A DNA stretch of 64,000 nucleotides from Candidatus Krumholzibacteriia bacterium. GTDB lineage: Bacteria; Krumholzibacteriota; Krumholzibacteriia; WVZY01. The first letter of the stretch is position 1. Every line of letters begins with the position of its first letter. The stretch is taken from contig JBHHVD010000001.1 of assembly GCA_046754105.1 (NCBI GenBank), forward strand, positions 32,001 to 96,000, in the 5' to 3' direction. The notes beneath the pieces are model-generated. The model was not told the DNA's origin, made no database searches, and saw only the letters and a program-made list of their open reading frames with translations. Shown here in pieces: positions 18,431-30,417 of the stretch. The position numbers and the translations under genes are program-made.

Positions 18431-20724
18431 TACGGCTCGTTCCTCTCGAGATCGGCGCGCACGCGCTCGAGATTCACCTGGGCGTTCCGGTTCGAGGGGT
18501 CTATTTCAAGGGCCTTCACGAACTCCTTCTCGGCCCGCTCGAATTCGCCCATGTTTGCATATACCGACCCGAGGGTGATGTGCCCGTTGGAGTAGTTCGG
18601 CTCGACACGTACGGCGCGGGCTCCGTACCGGTGCGCGGCATCGAGCTCGCCGAGCTGGAGGAACATGATCGCCAGGTTGTTCATGGCGAAGACGTTCTCC
18701 GGGTTCAACTCGATCGCCCTCTCGAAGGCCTGCCTGGCGAGATCGTACTGCTTCAGTTTACCGTAGCACACGCCGAGGTTGTTGAGCGCCGCCGGAAAGT
18801 CGGGCCTGAGGGAGAGCGCCTTGTTGAATTCTTCAACGGCCTTGCGGTACTCGCCCTTCTCCTGGTATCGCTGGCCGAGGTTGTTGTGGGCGTCCGGGTT
18901 GCCGCTGCCGGTGCGCTCGGGCGTAATATAGGCCAGGGCCTCTAGCTTCTTCATCACCTGTTCGGCTGCCTCGTCGTCCGCCTCGAAAGACTCTGCGTCA
19001 TTCGTGCGCGTCCGCTGCAAGGTGGCGAGCCGCGTCGTGTTCAGCCGTTCGACCAGCGGCTCCTCCAGGGCCTCCGACAGCACCTTGCCGGGCATGTCGG
19101 CGGGCACCGGCAGCCCCTGCAGTCCCAGCACCGTCGGGGTGACGTCGAGGACCGATGCGTTTTCTATGCGTCGTCCGGGGCGTATGCCGTTTCCGTACAG
19201 GCAGATGATCCCGTCCAGCTTGTGCCAGAACGCGGCCTTTCCCGCCCATATCTCCGGACGCAGTCGCGGCCGCAGGGCGCCGCTCTTGAAACCGTGATCC
19301 GACGCCACGATCACTACGGTGCGGTCGTCGCATTTCTCCAGTAGCTCTCCGATGATGCGATCCTGTAGCACGTAGGCCTCGGCGACCGCGTTCTTGAACT
19401 TCCGGTAGGCGGTGTCGTCCGTGTCGGGCAACCTCGGCGGGGCATAATGCATGAAGAGATGCTTGGTCGCGTCCACGAGTTCGAAATAAACGGCCAGAAA
19501 ATCCGGCTGCTCGGGGCCGAGCAGCTCCATGGCGATCCGGTGGTAACTCAGGGTCGAGGCGTAGAGCATGATCATACTGTTGATCGGGTTCTTGGGATCG
19601 AACGCGGAGGCCCGGTTTTTCAGGAAAGTGTCGCGGTCGATGTCGATGAACGGTTTGAATTCATCGTAGGTTACAGACTCGCTCGGCAAGACCAATTCCG
19701 ATATCTCGGCCAGCCGCTCCGCGGGCGATACGCTCCCCGGCAATACCGCGGAGTCATCCGCGGCGTCTGCATAGGCCAGGTAGCCGACACGATCCGTTAC
19801 CATGGTGCCGTTGATCGCTTCTGCGGGAAACGTTGCCAGCCAGCCGACAATACTCACCCTGCGTCCGGCGTCGCTCAGCATGTTCCAGAATGCGTCGACC
19901 CTTCGCGCCCGGCGGCTGATCGGCACTTTCTTGCCCGTCTTCGGATCGACGACGGTAAAGTTGAGTACGCCGTGGTCCTCCGGGAGCTTGCCCGTGGCCA
20001 CGGTCGTCCAAATCAGGGGCGAGAGAAGCGGTTCGATGGATCGCAGCGGGCCGCTGGTGCCGCCTTCCACGATCTTGCGGAAATTCGGCAGCCGGTCTCC
20101 GGCCATCATCGCTCGCAGGATGTCCCAGTCCGCACCGTCGACACCGACGAAGAGCACCTTGCGCAGCGGCTCGGGCTCGACAGCGACGACGGGTGCTTCC
20201 CCACCCGACCTCCATCCCTCGAGCCGGTACTCGGCGACCTCGAGGCCCGCGGGGGTAAGCGCCTTTATCACCTCGCCGATCACCGCCTTGTCGTAGCCGG
20301 CCGGCATGGCGCCGCCCGTCACCAGCGGCCAGCGCGCGGTCTCTATTTCAACCGTCTCCCGAACGATCCTGGAAAGCCCTGCGTAGAATTCATCGCCGAC
20401 CAGCGGCTGGATCAGGGCCCCCGCCCGGTCGGGTACCCGCATGCGGAGGCCGAGGGCCAGATGCGCCTTGCCACCCTCCTTGCCCAGCAGAGAGTACACC
20501 CCCTCGTCGGGAAAACGGTATTCGACCTCCCCGGCGGGGTAGAGCAACCAGCGGGCCGAGAACGGCGGTACGAAGTGAAGGCCCCGCCCGTACGACGTCG
20601 CCTCGCCGTCGTCTCCGATGCGGACCGCCTGGTACCCCTGCGGCACGCGCCGGACGACCAGGGCCGATACCAGGCCCACGACGGCCGCGGCGAGGGCGAG
20701 CGCTATGATCGCGCGTTGTTTCAT
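18430..20724 (-). CDS. Alkaline phosphatase/nucleotide pyrophosphatase superfamily protein with N-terminal SPFH-like segment and C-terminal TPRs
   Basis: Start MKQRAII; N-terminal TM then VPQGYQAV..GLHFVPPF; GVDGADW, SPLIWTTVATG, SDHGF; TPRs (AHNNLG, ALNNLG, AMNNLA, GHITLG). Confidence 0.85.
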   Translation of the reverse strand: MKQRAIIALALAAAVVGLVSALVVRRVPQGYQAVRIGDDGEATSYGRGLHFVPPFSARWLLYPAGEVEYRFPDEGVYSLLGKEGGKAHLALGLRMRVPDRAGALIQPLVGDEFYAGLSRIVRETVEIETARWPLVTGGAMPAGYDKAVIGEVIKALTPAGLEVAEYRLEGWRSGGEAPVVAVEPEPLRKVLFVGVDGADWDILRAMMAGDRLPNFRKIVEGGTSGPLRSIEPLLSPLIWTTVATGKLPEDHGVLNFTVVDPKTGKKVPISRRARRVDAFWNMLSDAGRRVSIVGWLATFPAEAINGTMVTDRVGYLAYADAADDSAVLPGSVSPAERLAEISELVLPSESVTYDEFKPFIDIDRDTFLKNRASAFDPKNPINSMIMLYASTLSYHRIAMELLGPEQPDFLAVYFELVDATKHLFMHYAPPRLPDTDDTAYRKFKNAVAEAYVLQDRIIGELLEKCDDRTVVIVASDHGFKSGALRPRLRPEIWAGKAAFWHKLDGIICLYGNGIRPGRRIENASVLDVTPTVLGLQGLPVPADMPGKVLSEALEEPLVERLNTTRLATLQRTRTNDAESFEADDEAAEQVMKKLEALAYITPERTGSGNPDAHNNLGQRYQEKGEYRKAVEEFNKALSLRPDFPAALNNLGVCYGKLKQYDLARQAFERAIELNPENVFAMNNLAIMFLQLGELDAAHRYGARAVRVEPNYSNGHITLGSVYANMGEFERAEKEFVKALEIDPSNRNAQVNLERVRADLERNEP

Positions 20725-20823
20725 GATGGCATGATAATACGCGATTGCCCGGGGTAGATGTGAGAACAATCCAATCAAGCGGCGTCGCTTTTGCGCTGGC
20801 GAGAACTCGCGAACACGGTTATA

Positions 20824-21765
20824 ATGAGCTTTTTTCGCGCCCCACCTCCACCACGATCGCAAACGAACGTGCCGTCACCGGATACATCTGCCAGGAAAGT
20901 CGCTGTCGTCGTCCTGACGTGGAACGGCAGATCGCTGACGCTCGACTGCCTGGAATCGCTCGCGGCCTTGACATGGGGCAATCTGGAAACCGTGGTAGTG
21001 GACAACCACTCGACCGATGGTACCGCGGAAGCGATAAAAAGTTCCTGCGGCGAGACCGTCTCGGTGCTCGTTAACCCGGAAAACCTTGGATTTTCCGGTG
21101 GAAACAACGTCGGGATACGGTACGCGCTCGACCGCGGCGCCGACTGGGTTCTTCTTCTCAACAACGATACCATCGTCGACCCCGGGCTCGTGGATCGTCT
21201 GGTTGAGGCGGCGGCCTGCGCTCCGGATGTCGGCGTCGTCGGCCCAAAGATCTATTATTCACACCCTCCCGATCGCATATGGTCCGCCGGCGGCGAGATT
21301 TTTCTCTCGCGGGGCACCGCCCGCCACATCGGCATACGCCGGCGCGACACGGGCGAGTACGACACGCCGCGCGACGTGGATTATGTCAGCGGATGCGCTC
21401 TGATGGCGAGCCGCGACGTGTTCGAAACCATCGGTCTTCTCGACTCCTCCTACGTCCTCTACTTCGAAGACGCGGATTTTTGCACGCGGGCGAGGATGCA
21501 CGGCTTTCGCGTGAGGTATGCGCCGGGCGCCGTAGTATGGCACCGGATATCCTCGGCGACCGGCGGACAATTCGGCCGCCGGAAGGTCGCGCTCAAACTG
21601 CGGAGTGCGGTCAAGTTCTTTCGCCGGTACGCATCCCCGCACCACTGGCTTACCATTCCTTTGTTTTTTACAATCGACGTCATCCGTATTATCATCCTCG
21701 TCCTTGCCGGACGCATTCACAACACCACCGAGCGGGACGGAACGTCCCACGGGAGCAGGCCATGA
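20824..21765 (+). CDS. Glycosyltransferase family 2 (rhamnosyltransferase-like); start uncertain (20824 or GTG 20869)
   Basis: VVLTWNG, VVDNHSTDGT, NLGFSGGNN, LLNND, SGCALM, YFEDAD. Confidence 0.92.
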   Translation: MSFFRAPPPPRSQTNVPSPDTSARKVAVVVLTWNGRSLTLDCLESLAALTWGNLETVVVDNHSTDGTAEAIKSSCGETVSVLVNPENLGFSGGNNVGIRYALDRGADWVLLLNNDTIVDPGLVDRLVEAAACAPDVGVVGPKIYYSHPPDRIWSAGGEIFLSRGTARHIGIRRRDTGEYDTPRDVDYVSGCALMASRDVFETIGLLDSSYVLYFEDADFCTRARMHGFRVRYAPGAVVWHRISSATGGQFGRRKVALKLRSAVKFFRRYASPHHWLTIPLFFTIDVIRIIILVLAGRIHNTTERDGTSHGSRP

Positions 21766-22622
21766 CCATCGTAATCTTTGGCGGAGACGGCCAGTTAGGG
21801 TCCGACCTGCGGCAAGCCCTGTCTGCGGGCGACGTCGTGCCGGTGGGCCACGAGGACGCCGATATCGTAGACGCCAACGCCGTCGCCGGGGCCGTCGCCG
21901 GGGCCCGACCGCAATGGGTCATCAACTCGGCCGCAATGACGCACGTCGACCGCTGCGAGGAAGAGGACGTCAGGGCATTCGAGATCAACGCGCTCGGCGC
22001 GCGCAACGTGGCCGTGGCGGCCCGGTCGCACGGCGCCCGGATCGTTCACATCAGCACCGATTACGTGTTCGACGGTTCCAAGGGCGAGCCCTACGTGGAG
22101 GAAGACCTGCCGCGCCCGATAAGCGCGTACGGATTGTCCAAGCTCGCCGGCGAGATGTTTGTCCGGACGCTGCACCCCGAACACTACATCATCCGCACGA
22201 GCGGCCTGTACGGTCTTCACCGCTGCCGTGGAAAAGGCACCAACTTCGTGGATACGATGCTCCGGTTGTCAAGGGAAAGGGACGTGCTGCGAGTCGTAAG
22301 TGACGAGGTGCTGACGCCAACGTTTTCCCACGATCTTGCCCAACAGATACGCGTGATGATCGAGGAGAATCCCCCGTACGGGATCTACCACGCCACCAAC
22401 TTGGGACAATGTTCCTGGCATGAATTCGCTGCGGAGATCTTTCGCCTGGCAGGTAGCGGCGCGCGGCTGGAAGAGACCACGGCGGCCGAATGGAAGGCTC
22501 CGGCAAGGCGCCCCGCCTGCTCGGTACTGAAAAACGCCGCGCTCGAGGGCGCGGGCATCCAGTCGATGCCTGACTGGAAGGACGCCCTGCGGCGGTACCT
22601 CGAAGCCCGGCCCGCCGCCTAG
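21762..22622 (+). CDS. rfbD: dTDP-4-dehydrorhamnose reductase
   Basis: MTIVIFGGDGQLG, AAMTHVDRCE, HISTDYVFDG, YGLSKLAGE; ATGA overlap with the GT2 gene. Confidence 0.94.
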   Translation: MTIVIFGGDGQLGSDLRQALSAGDVVPVGHEDADIVDANAVAGAVAGARPQWVINSAAMTHVDRCEEEDVRAFEINALGARNVAVAARSHGARIVHISTDYVFDGSKGEPYVEEDLPRPISAYGLSKLAGEMFVRTLHPEHYIIRTSGLYGLHRCRGKGTNFVDTMLRLSRERDVLRVVSDEVLTPTFSHDLAQQIRVMIEENPPYGIYHATNLGQCSWHEFAAEIFRLAGSGARLEETTAAEWKAPARRPACSVLKNAALEGAGIQSMPDWKDALRRYLEARPAA

Positions 22623-22891
22623 AACACCGCGTTCACTACCGCGAAAGCGACGAACACGAGGACCAGGACGGGAATTGCGACAACGGCGAGCACGAGAGGA
22701 AGTACGCTGGACACGGCCCAGGCGGCGACGATAGCGGCCGGAATCAGGAGCACGAGCCCCACCGCGCCCTTGACGACCCACCAGCCCAACTTGAGCGGCA
22801 GAACTACCAGCCAGAACAGGAACTTGAGCAAACCGATGAACATCGCGCCCGCGAGAAAAATAAGCCCTACGACAACCAGAAATTCCAACAT
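22619..22891 (-). CDS. Small hydrophobic membrane protein
   Basis: About 90 aa, almost entirely hydrophobic; GAGGA RBS before ATG 22891. Confidence 0.7.
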   Translation of the reverse strand: MLEFLVVVGLIFLAGAMFIGLLKFLFWLVVLPLKLGWWVVKGAVGLVLLIPAAIVAAWAVSSVLPLVLAVVAIPVLVLVFVAFAVVNAVF

Positions 22892-23079
22892 CACCACATC
22901 CTCTTAATCGGCTGTTAGAGTCTACGACGGGAGTTCAGGAATGTTACACGGGCGGCGTCCGGTTTATTCGACCTCGGCGGGAGCCTCGACGGGCCCCGGT
23001 GGCGGCCGCGCCCCGACCGTCGGCCCGGTTCCCCACACCCCACGTGGTTTTCATGACATTTCTCAAGAATCGTCTTGTT

Positions 23080-23141
23080 TGTGAGAAATATTTCACATAT
23101 GTTGTTTGTGGGTTGACTTTGAGAATCGATTCACCTAACGT
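23080..23141 (+). promoter_or_regulatory. Putative atp operon promoter with upstream palindrome
   Basis: AT-rich patch; TGTGA-N8-TCACA (23080-23097); TTGACT-N17-TAACGT (23113-23141). Confidence 0.45.
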
Positions 23142-23212
23142 GCATTGATAATTTGCGTCATCGGTGAATAAACGAACCAGCCCCTGGCTGGGTCCCTTCG
23201 TTTGACGTCTCC

Positions 23213-23458
23213 TTGCAAAAAAAGAACGACCGAAACCGCTTTGAGGGTGTGCGCCAGGCCGGTCTACTGACGACCATCCCCGTTCTGCTGGCGATATCGC
23301 CGCTGATCGGATTTTTTATCGGTCGGTTTCTCGACGGCAAGTTCAAGACGGATCCGCTTTTTACCATTATATTCCTGATCCTGGGATTCGTCGCCGGGGC
23401 CATGCAGACCGCTCGCGTAATCCGGCTGGCGAACCGTGACTCGGACGAGAAGGACTAA
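23213..23458 (+). CDS. AtpZ/AtpI-family ATP synthase accessory protein
   Basis: Two TM helices, IGFFIGRFLD..PLFTIIFLILG; first gene of the atp operon; TTG start. Confidence 0.8.
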   Translation: MQKKNDRNRFEGVRQAGLLTTIPVLLAISPLIGFFIGRFLDGKFKTDPLFTIIFLILGFVAGAMQTARVIRLANRDSDEKD

Positions 23459-23462
23459 CGTC

Positions 23463-23882
23463 GTGGGTTTGGAGTTTCTGCAGCGTGTGCGAAAGACATC
23501 GATCGTAACGGGTCTCGTCGTTCTCCCCGTGGTCTCCGCCTACGTGGGGCTGGCGGCCGGCGTGGCCTGGGCTCTGGGCGTGACGTGGTCGCTCGTCAAC
23601 GTCTATGTCATCGGGCTGCTGGTACGGTTCGCCTACACGGACGGGAAAAAGGAGCGGCTGCGGGCGGCGCTCCTCTTTGTGGTCAAGATCCCGGTGCTCT
23701 ACCTGATCGGCTACCTGCTGCTCAGGAGCGACCGCCTGCCCGATCCCGGACTGCTGGCCGGCTTCATGTGGCCGCTGTCGGTGATCGTCTTGAAGGCATT
23801 CGCAAGGCTCATCCTGAGAATGGACGAGCGGAAGCAGACACCTTACGACGCCGAACCCGACGTCATGCACGGGGACAAGTAG
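23463..23882 (+). CDS. atpI: ATP synthase protein I-like membrane protein
   Basis: Four TM helices; lies immediately before atpB; GTG start after AAGGA. Confidence 0.7.
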   Translation: MGLEFLQRVRKTSIVTGLVVLPVVSAYVGLAAGVAWALGVTWSLVNVYVIGLLVRFAYTDGKKERLRAALLFVVKIPVLYLIGYLLLRSDRLPDPGLLAGFMWPLSVIVLKAFARLILRMDERKQTPYDAEPDVMHGDK

Positions 23883-23883
23883 C

Positions 23884-24720
23884 GTGGTAGTATTGGAGAG
23901 ACTCAGAGGCTTTCTCGAGGTGGCCCTCGCCGCCGCCCAGGAAACGCACGGTGGCGGAGGTGAGCAGCACGAGCTGCCCAACTTTCTCACCATCGTCATC
24001 GAACTCGTCGGCGGAGGCAGCGCGGCGGCCTTCCTGCACCGGTGGGAAAACGTCATTTTTTCGCTGATTATTATTACGGTGCTGGTGCTGATCGCCCGCG
24101 CCGCCTCGAGGAACCCCAAGATGGTGCCCGGCGGGCTGCAAAACGTCGTCGAAATGGTCGTCGAGACCCTTGAAAATTTCATCGTCGGCGTAATCGGGCC
24201 GCGCGGGCGCAAATTCGTTCCATTTCTTGGCACGCTGTTCCTGTACATCTATTTCATGAACATAGCCGGGCTCATCCCTTTTCTGAAATCACCATCGGCA
24301 AGCATCAACACCACGGTGGCACTCGCCCTGTGCGTGTTTTTGTACGTGCAGTACACCGGCATCAGGGAAAACGGCATCATCGGTTATGTCGACCATCTGA
24401 TGGGGCAACCGCGCAACGCCATGCAATGGGCCTTCGTGCCGCTCATGCTTCCGATCCACATCATCGGCGAGTTCGCCAAGCCGATGAGTCTCTCTTTACG
24501 CTTGTTCGGCAACGTCACCGGCGAGGACATCCTGATCTTCATTTTTGTAAGCCTCGGGGTGACGGTAATGAGTTTTACGCATGCACCAATCGGCATTCCG
24601 CTTCAGCTGCCTTTTATTTTTCTTGCCTTGTTGACGAGCTTCATTCAGGCGCTCGTGTTTACGTTGTTGAGCACTATTTACTTCGCGATGATGCTTCCCC
24701 ATGAGGAAGAGCATCACTAG
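23884..24720 (+). CDS. atpB: ATP synthase F0 subunit a
   Basis: [34 protein letters not shown]. Confidence 0.97.
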   Translation: MVVLERLRGFLEVALAAAQETHGGGGEQHELPNFLTIVIELVGGGSAAAFLHRWENVIFSLIIITVLVLIARAASRNPKMVPGGLQNVVEMVVETLENFIVGVIGPRGRKFVPFLGTLFLYIYFMNIAGLIPFLKSPSASINTTVALALCVFLYVQYTGIRENGIIGYVDHLMGQPRNAMQWAFVPLMLPIHIIGEFAKPMSLSLRLFGNVTGEDILIFIFVSLGVTVMSFTHAPIGIPLQLPFIFLALLTSFIQALVFTLLSTIYFAMMLPHEEEHH

Positions 24721-24740
24721 CCACGAGGAGGAGAAACGCA

Positions 24741-24977
24741 ATGGACTATCAAGCGATGTTGGCCTGGGCGCTTCCCATCGGCATCGGTTTCGCTGCAATC
24801 GGCAGCGGTATCGGCCTGGGCCGCGCAGTGGGTTCCGCCATGGAGGCCATCGGCCGCCAGCCGGAGGCGTCGGGCAAGATCCAGACCGCGATGATCATCG
24901 GAGCGGCCCTGATCGAAGCGCTCACGATCTACGCGCTGGTTACAATGTTCATGCTCAAGGGTCTGATCGGTCACTGA
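24741..24977 (+). CDS. atpE: ATP synthase F0 subunit c (H+-type)
   Basis: GIGLG, RQPE loop, LIEALTIY. Confidence 0.97.
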   Translation: MDYQAMLAWALPIGIGFAAIGSGIGLGRAVGSAMEAIGRQPEASGKIQTAMIIGAALIEALTIYALVTMFMLKGLIGH

Positions 24978-25060
24978 TCAATTCGCGCCCATTCGCCTGA
25001 TGCGCCGGCCCCGCGGCTTCGAGCGCACAGGCCGTCGTTCGAAACGGCAAGGAGCTCAAC

Positions 25061-25543
25061 ATGAACATTGATCCAGGACAGATCGTCACTCATATCATCG
25101 GCTTTCTCCTGGCGTGCTGGCTGCTGAAACGCTACGCGTGGGAAAGCGTTCTCGGCTTCGTGGAAAAGCGCCGCGCGGCCATCGCGGCGTCGTTCGACCA
25201 GATCGAGAAGGACCAGGCCCTGGTCGCCACGCAAAAGGAGAACCTCGACAGGGAGTTCCTCAAGATCGAAGAAACGCGCAGGGAGAGGATACAGGAAGCA
25301 GCCCGCGAAGCGGACACCCTGGCCGGCGAGATCAAGGAAGAAGCACGGAGGGAGGCCCTGGCGGCACGCGAGAAATCGAAGCAGGACATCGCCCTCGAAC
25401 TCGACAAGGCCAACGAGGTTCTCAAGGACCGCATCATCGACGCGGTCATCCACACGACCGAGAAGATGATACTGGAACGGCTGGACAAGAAGAAACACGG
25501 CGAACTCATCGATCGATTCCTTTCCTCGGTAAAGGTGAGTTGA
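25061..25543 (+). CDS. atpF: ATP synthase F0 subunit b
   Basis: N-terminal TM followed by a charged coiled coil; operon position. Confidence 0.93.
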   Translation: MNIDPGQIVTHIIGFLLACWLLKRYAWESVLGFVEKRRAAIAASFDQIEKDQALVATQKENLDREFLKIEETRRERIQEAAREADTLAGEIKEEARREALAAREKSKQDIALELDKANEVLKDRIIDAVIHTTEKMILERLDKKKHGELIDRFLSSVKVS

Positions 25544-25604
25544 TGGGAAGCCGCACAGCAGACGGTGCCGCGGGAGCGGCTGCGACAGGGGGGGGCGCGA
25601 CCTG

Positions 25605-26153
25605 ATGCTTTTGCGTGGGGTGGCCAACCGGTACTCGACCGCACTCTTCAACGCGGCGCTCGACGCGGGCGTGGCCGGAGAGGTGCGCGACGAGCTCCTC
25701 GGCTTCAAGGATGTGCTGTCGGCGAGCCCTGAGTTCCGCAGTTTCCTTCTCTCGCCGCAGGTGTTGACGGAACACAAGCGGGACATCGTCAACTCGACGA
25801 TCGGCAAGAAGGGGTCGCCGCTCTTCGCGCGGTTCGTGCTGCTGCTGCTCGACAAGAAGCGTTTTTTCTTCATCGATGAAATTGCTGATTCCTACATCGA
25901 AATCTATGAGCGCCACGAGGGCATTCTGAAAGTGGAAGTCGTTACCGCGGTGCCACTGGACGCCAGCATGGAGAAAAAGGTGGTCGCCAAACTGGAAAAA
26001 GAAACCGGCAAGAAGATACGAATTACACCTGTAACGGACCCCGAGATCATCGGGGGCATGATTCTCATGATGGAAGACAAAATTATTGACGGCAGCATTC
26101 GCTTCCAGTTGGAAAAGCTTCGGCGGGACCTGGGCGCGATTCGCGTCGCTTGA
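25605..26153 (+). CDS. atpH: ATP synthase F1 subunit delta
   Basis: VANRYSTALF, DPEIIGG, IIDGSIR. Confidence 0.95.
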   Translation: MLLRGVANRYSTALFNAALDAGVAGEVRDELLGFKDVLSASPEFRSFLLSPQVLTEHKRDIVNSTIGKKGSPLFARFVLLLLDKKRFFFIDEIADSYIEIYERHEGILKVEVVTAVPLDASMEKKVVAKLEKETGKKIRITPVTDPEIIGGMILMMEDKIIDGSIRFQLEKLRRDLGAIRVA

Positions 26154-26171
26154 TCAAGAGGAGAACACAGG

Positions 26172-27692
26172 ATGGCTTTTCGACCCGAAGAAGTAAGCTC
26201 GATCATCCAGACGGAACTGGAGAAGCACGAAACGACGCTCGAGACGGAGTCCGTCGGAACGATCCTCCAGATCGGCGACGGCATCGTGCGTATCTGGGGA
26301 CTGTGGGAGGCGATGGCGGGCGAGTTGATCGAGTTTCCCGGCGGCGTAATGGGCATGGTGCTAAACCTCGAAGAAGACAACGTGGGCGCCGTCCTCTTGG
26401 GGCCCGATACGGAGATCAAGGAAGGCGACACGGTCAAGCGAACGGGCAAGATCGTGCAGGTTCCCGTCGGTGACGGCCTGCTCGGAAGGGTCGTGAACTC
26501 GCTGGGGCAGCCTATCGACGGCAAGGGGCCCATCGTGGCCGACCAGTACCGTCCCGTGGAGACCATCGCCCCGAACGTCGTTCAGAGACAACCGGTGAAG
26601 GAGCCCCTCCATACGGGGCTAAAAGCCATCGACTCGATGATTCCCATCGGCCGGGGACAGCGGGAGCTGATCATCGGCGACCGGCAGACGGGAAAGACAG
26701 CCATCGCGATTGACACCATTATCAATCAAAAGGACACGGACGTATACTGTATCTACGTTGCAGTTGGCCAGAAGGAGTCGACCGTCGCACGCGTCGTGAA
26801 AGTGCTCGAGGAGCACGGCGCGATGGATTATACGATCGTTGTCAGCGCGTCCTCCAGCGAGCCGGCGCCGCTGCAGTTCCTGGCGCCCTACGCGGGATGC
26901 TCGATGGGTGAGCACCTGCGCGACTCCGGCAAGCATTCGGTCGTGTTCTACGACGATCTCTCGAAACACGCGCAGGCCTATCGCCAGTTGTCACTGCTGC
27001 TGAGACGGCCCCCGGGACGCGAGGCGTACCCCGGCGATGTATTCTACGTGCACTCGCGGCTGCTCGAAAGGGCTGCCAAGCTCAGCGATGAGCTCGGTGC
27101 GGGATCGCTGACCGCGCTCCCCATCATCGAGACCCAGTTGGGTGACGTAACGGCGTATATTCCAACCAACGTCATCTCGATCACGGACGGTCAGATCTTC
27201 CTGCAGGGCGACCTTTTCTATGCCGGTATCCGGCCGGCGATCAACGTCGGCATTTCAGTATCCAGGGTCGGCGGCAACGCCCAGACCAAGATGATGCGGC
27301 AGGTGGCCGGCCAGCTACGCCTCGACCTCGCCCAATACCGCGAACTGGTCGACTTCGCGCGTTTCGGTTCGGATCTCGATAAGTCCACCATCGCGCAGCT
27401 GACCCGGGGAGAGCGCATGGTCGAGATCTTGAAGCAGGACGAGTACGTGCCGCAACCCGTTCAAAAACAGGTCATGATCATTTTCGCCGCCAACCAGGGG
27501 CTACTCGACGATCTCGAACCCGAGTACCTGGCACGGTTCGAGAAGGAGTTCCTCGAGTTCATGGACGCGGATTACCCCGACGTGGTTCGCGACCTTGCCG
27601 GCGAACTCAAGATCAGCGAGAAGACCGGGGCGGAACTCACGGGAGCAGTGGAAAAGTTCAAGGCTCGATTTGTGGAGAGTATCCAGTCCTGA
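26172..27692 (+). CDS. atpA: ATP synthase F1 subunit alpha
   Basis: [34 protein letters not shown]. Confidence 0.99.
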   Translation: MAFRPEEVSSIIQTELEKHETTLETESVGTILQIGDGIVRIWGLWEAMAGELIEFPGGVMGMVLNLEEDNVGAVLLGPDTEIKEGDTVKRTGKIVQVPVGDGLLGRVVNSLGQPIDGKGPIVADQYRPVETIAPNVVQRQPVKEPLHTGLKAIDSMIPIGRGQRELIIGDRQTGKTAIAIDTIINQKDTDVYCIYVAVGQKESTVARVVKVLEEHGAMDYTIVVSASSSEPAPLQFLAPYAGCSMGEHLRDSGKHSVVFYDDLSKHAQAYRQLSLLLRRPPGREAYPGDVFYVHSRLLERAAKLSDELGAGSLTALPIIETQLGDVTAYIPTNVISITDGQIFLQGDLFYAGIRPAINVGISVSRVGGNAQTKMMRQVAGQLRLDLAQYRELVDFARFGSDLDKSTIAQLTRGERMVEILKQDEYVPQPVQKQVMIIFAANQGLLDDLEPEYLARFEKEFLEFMDADYPDVVRDLAGELKISEKTGAELTGAVEKFKARFVESIQS

Positions 27693-27719
27693 TCCGGCGC
27701 GGAGAGCCGACAAAAAGCG

Positions 27720-28631
27720 ATGCCATCGTTACTGGACATAAAGGCCCGTATAAAGGCCGTCGAGAATATCAAGAAGATCACGCGGGCGATGCAGCTCGTC
27801 GCAGCCGCCAAGTTCAACCGCGCGCAGAATCGCGCTCGCTCGGCCCGCCCGTACAGTGACGAACTGGATACGGTTCTTGGAGCGCTGGCGGGCCTCTCCG
27901 AAGACGCGGCCGTTGATGAGACGCTCTCGCTGTCCTTCGTCGAGGAGCAGGCCCCGATCGTGGTCGACCGCGCCAGGTTGTTCCGGCAGGTAGAAGTCAA
28001 GTGCCCCGGCATAGTGCTCGTTACCGCCGACCGGGGGTTGTGCGGAGCGTTCAACACGCGCCTGATCCGGGCGGCGCTCGACTTCGTCAAGCGACACTCC
28101 GACAAGGACTGCCGGCTGATCACGATCGGCCGCAAAGGCCACACGTATTTCAAAAAGAGGGATATCCCCATACTCCACCACGAGGAGCACGTCAGCGACC
28201 GGCTCGTACTCGATGAGATCCGGCGTATTACCTCCACGCTGATTCGCTTTTTCGTGGAGGGTAAGGTCGACGCACTCTACATCATTTACTCGCAGTTCAA
28301 GACGGCGATGCGATCGGACGTGCGGACCGAAAAATTTCTCAGCATCCCCCCGGTGGAGGGAAAGAAGGAAGACGACGTCTACATTCTCGAACCCGGAGAG
28401 GAAGCGGTCTACGAGACACTGATACCGCTCTACGCCACGACCAAAATATTTGCGACCCTGGCGGATTCGTTTGCGTCCGAGTATGGCGCGAGGATGTCGG
28501 CGATGGCGTCGGCAACCAGCAACGCAGAAGAAATGCTCGAGGAGCAGATCCTGCTCCGTAACCGGATGCGCCAGGCGATCATCACGAAAGAACTGGCTGA
28601 AATCGTCGGAGGCGCTGCGTCCCAGGAATAG
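27720..28631 (+). CDS. atpG: ATP synthase F1 subunit gamma
   Basis: KITRAMQLVAAAK, DRGLCGAFN, RQAIITKELAEIVGG. Confidence 0.98.
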   Translation: MPSLLDIKARIKAVENIKKITRAMQLVAAAKFNRAQNRARSARPYSDELDTVLGALAGLSEDAAVDETLSLSFVEEQAPIVVDRARLFRQVEVKCPGIVLVTADRGLCGAFNTRLIRAALDFVKRHSDKDCRLITIGRKGHTYFKKRDIPILHHEEHVSDRLVLDEIRRITSTLIRFFVEGKVDALYIIYSQFKTAMRSDVRTEKFLSIPPVEGKKEDDVYILEPGEEAVYETLIPLYATTKIFATLADSFASEYGARMSAMASATSNAEEMLEEQILLRNRMRQAIITKELAEIVGGAASQE

Positions 28632-28708
28632 GAAAAGACGCGGCAATAGGTCGCCGGCAGCGGGTGCCTCGCGCGCCAAACAATCACAAGGCAGAAGGAG
28701 CGATGTAA

Positions 28709-30124
<1,416 letters not shown>

Positions 30125-30144
30125 CAACGGATGGAGAGTTTGCC

Positions 30145-30417
30145 TTGGCCGCTACCTTTCACTTCAAGATTCTAACCCCCAGCGACAATGTCCTGGCCGC
30201 GGACGTCGTGTCGATAGTCGCCCCCGGCGAAGCGGGTTACCTGGGGGTTCTGGCGAATCACGCTCCGTTGATCACGACACTCGTCCCCGGCACGTTGACC
30301 GTGAGCCGCGAGGGGATGGAAGACGTGTATTACCGAGTCGGGGGCGGGATCCTGCGCGTGGCCCGCAACTCCGCTGTCTTGCTGAGCGAAAGTGTTGAAG
30401 AAGCAGGAAGCGACTAA
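30145..30417 (+). CDS. atpC: ATP synthase F1 subunit epsilon (short; N-terminal domain only)
   Basis: GYLGVLANHAPLIT, VGGGIL; 90 aa; TTG start. Confidence 0.92.
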   Translation: MAATFHFKILTPSDNVLAADVVSIVAPGEAGYLGVLANHAPLITTLVPGTLTVSREGMEDVYYRVGGGILRVARNSAVLLSESVEEAGSD

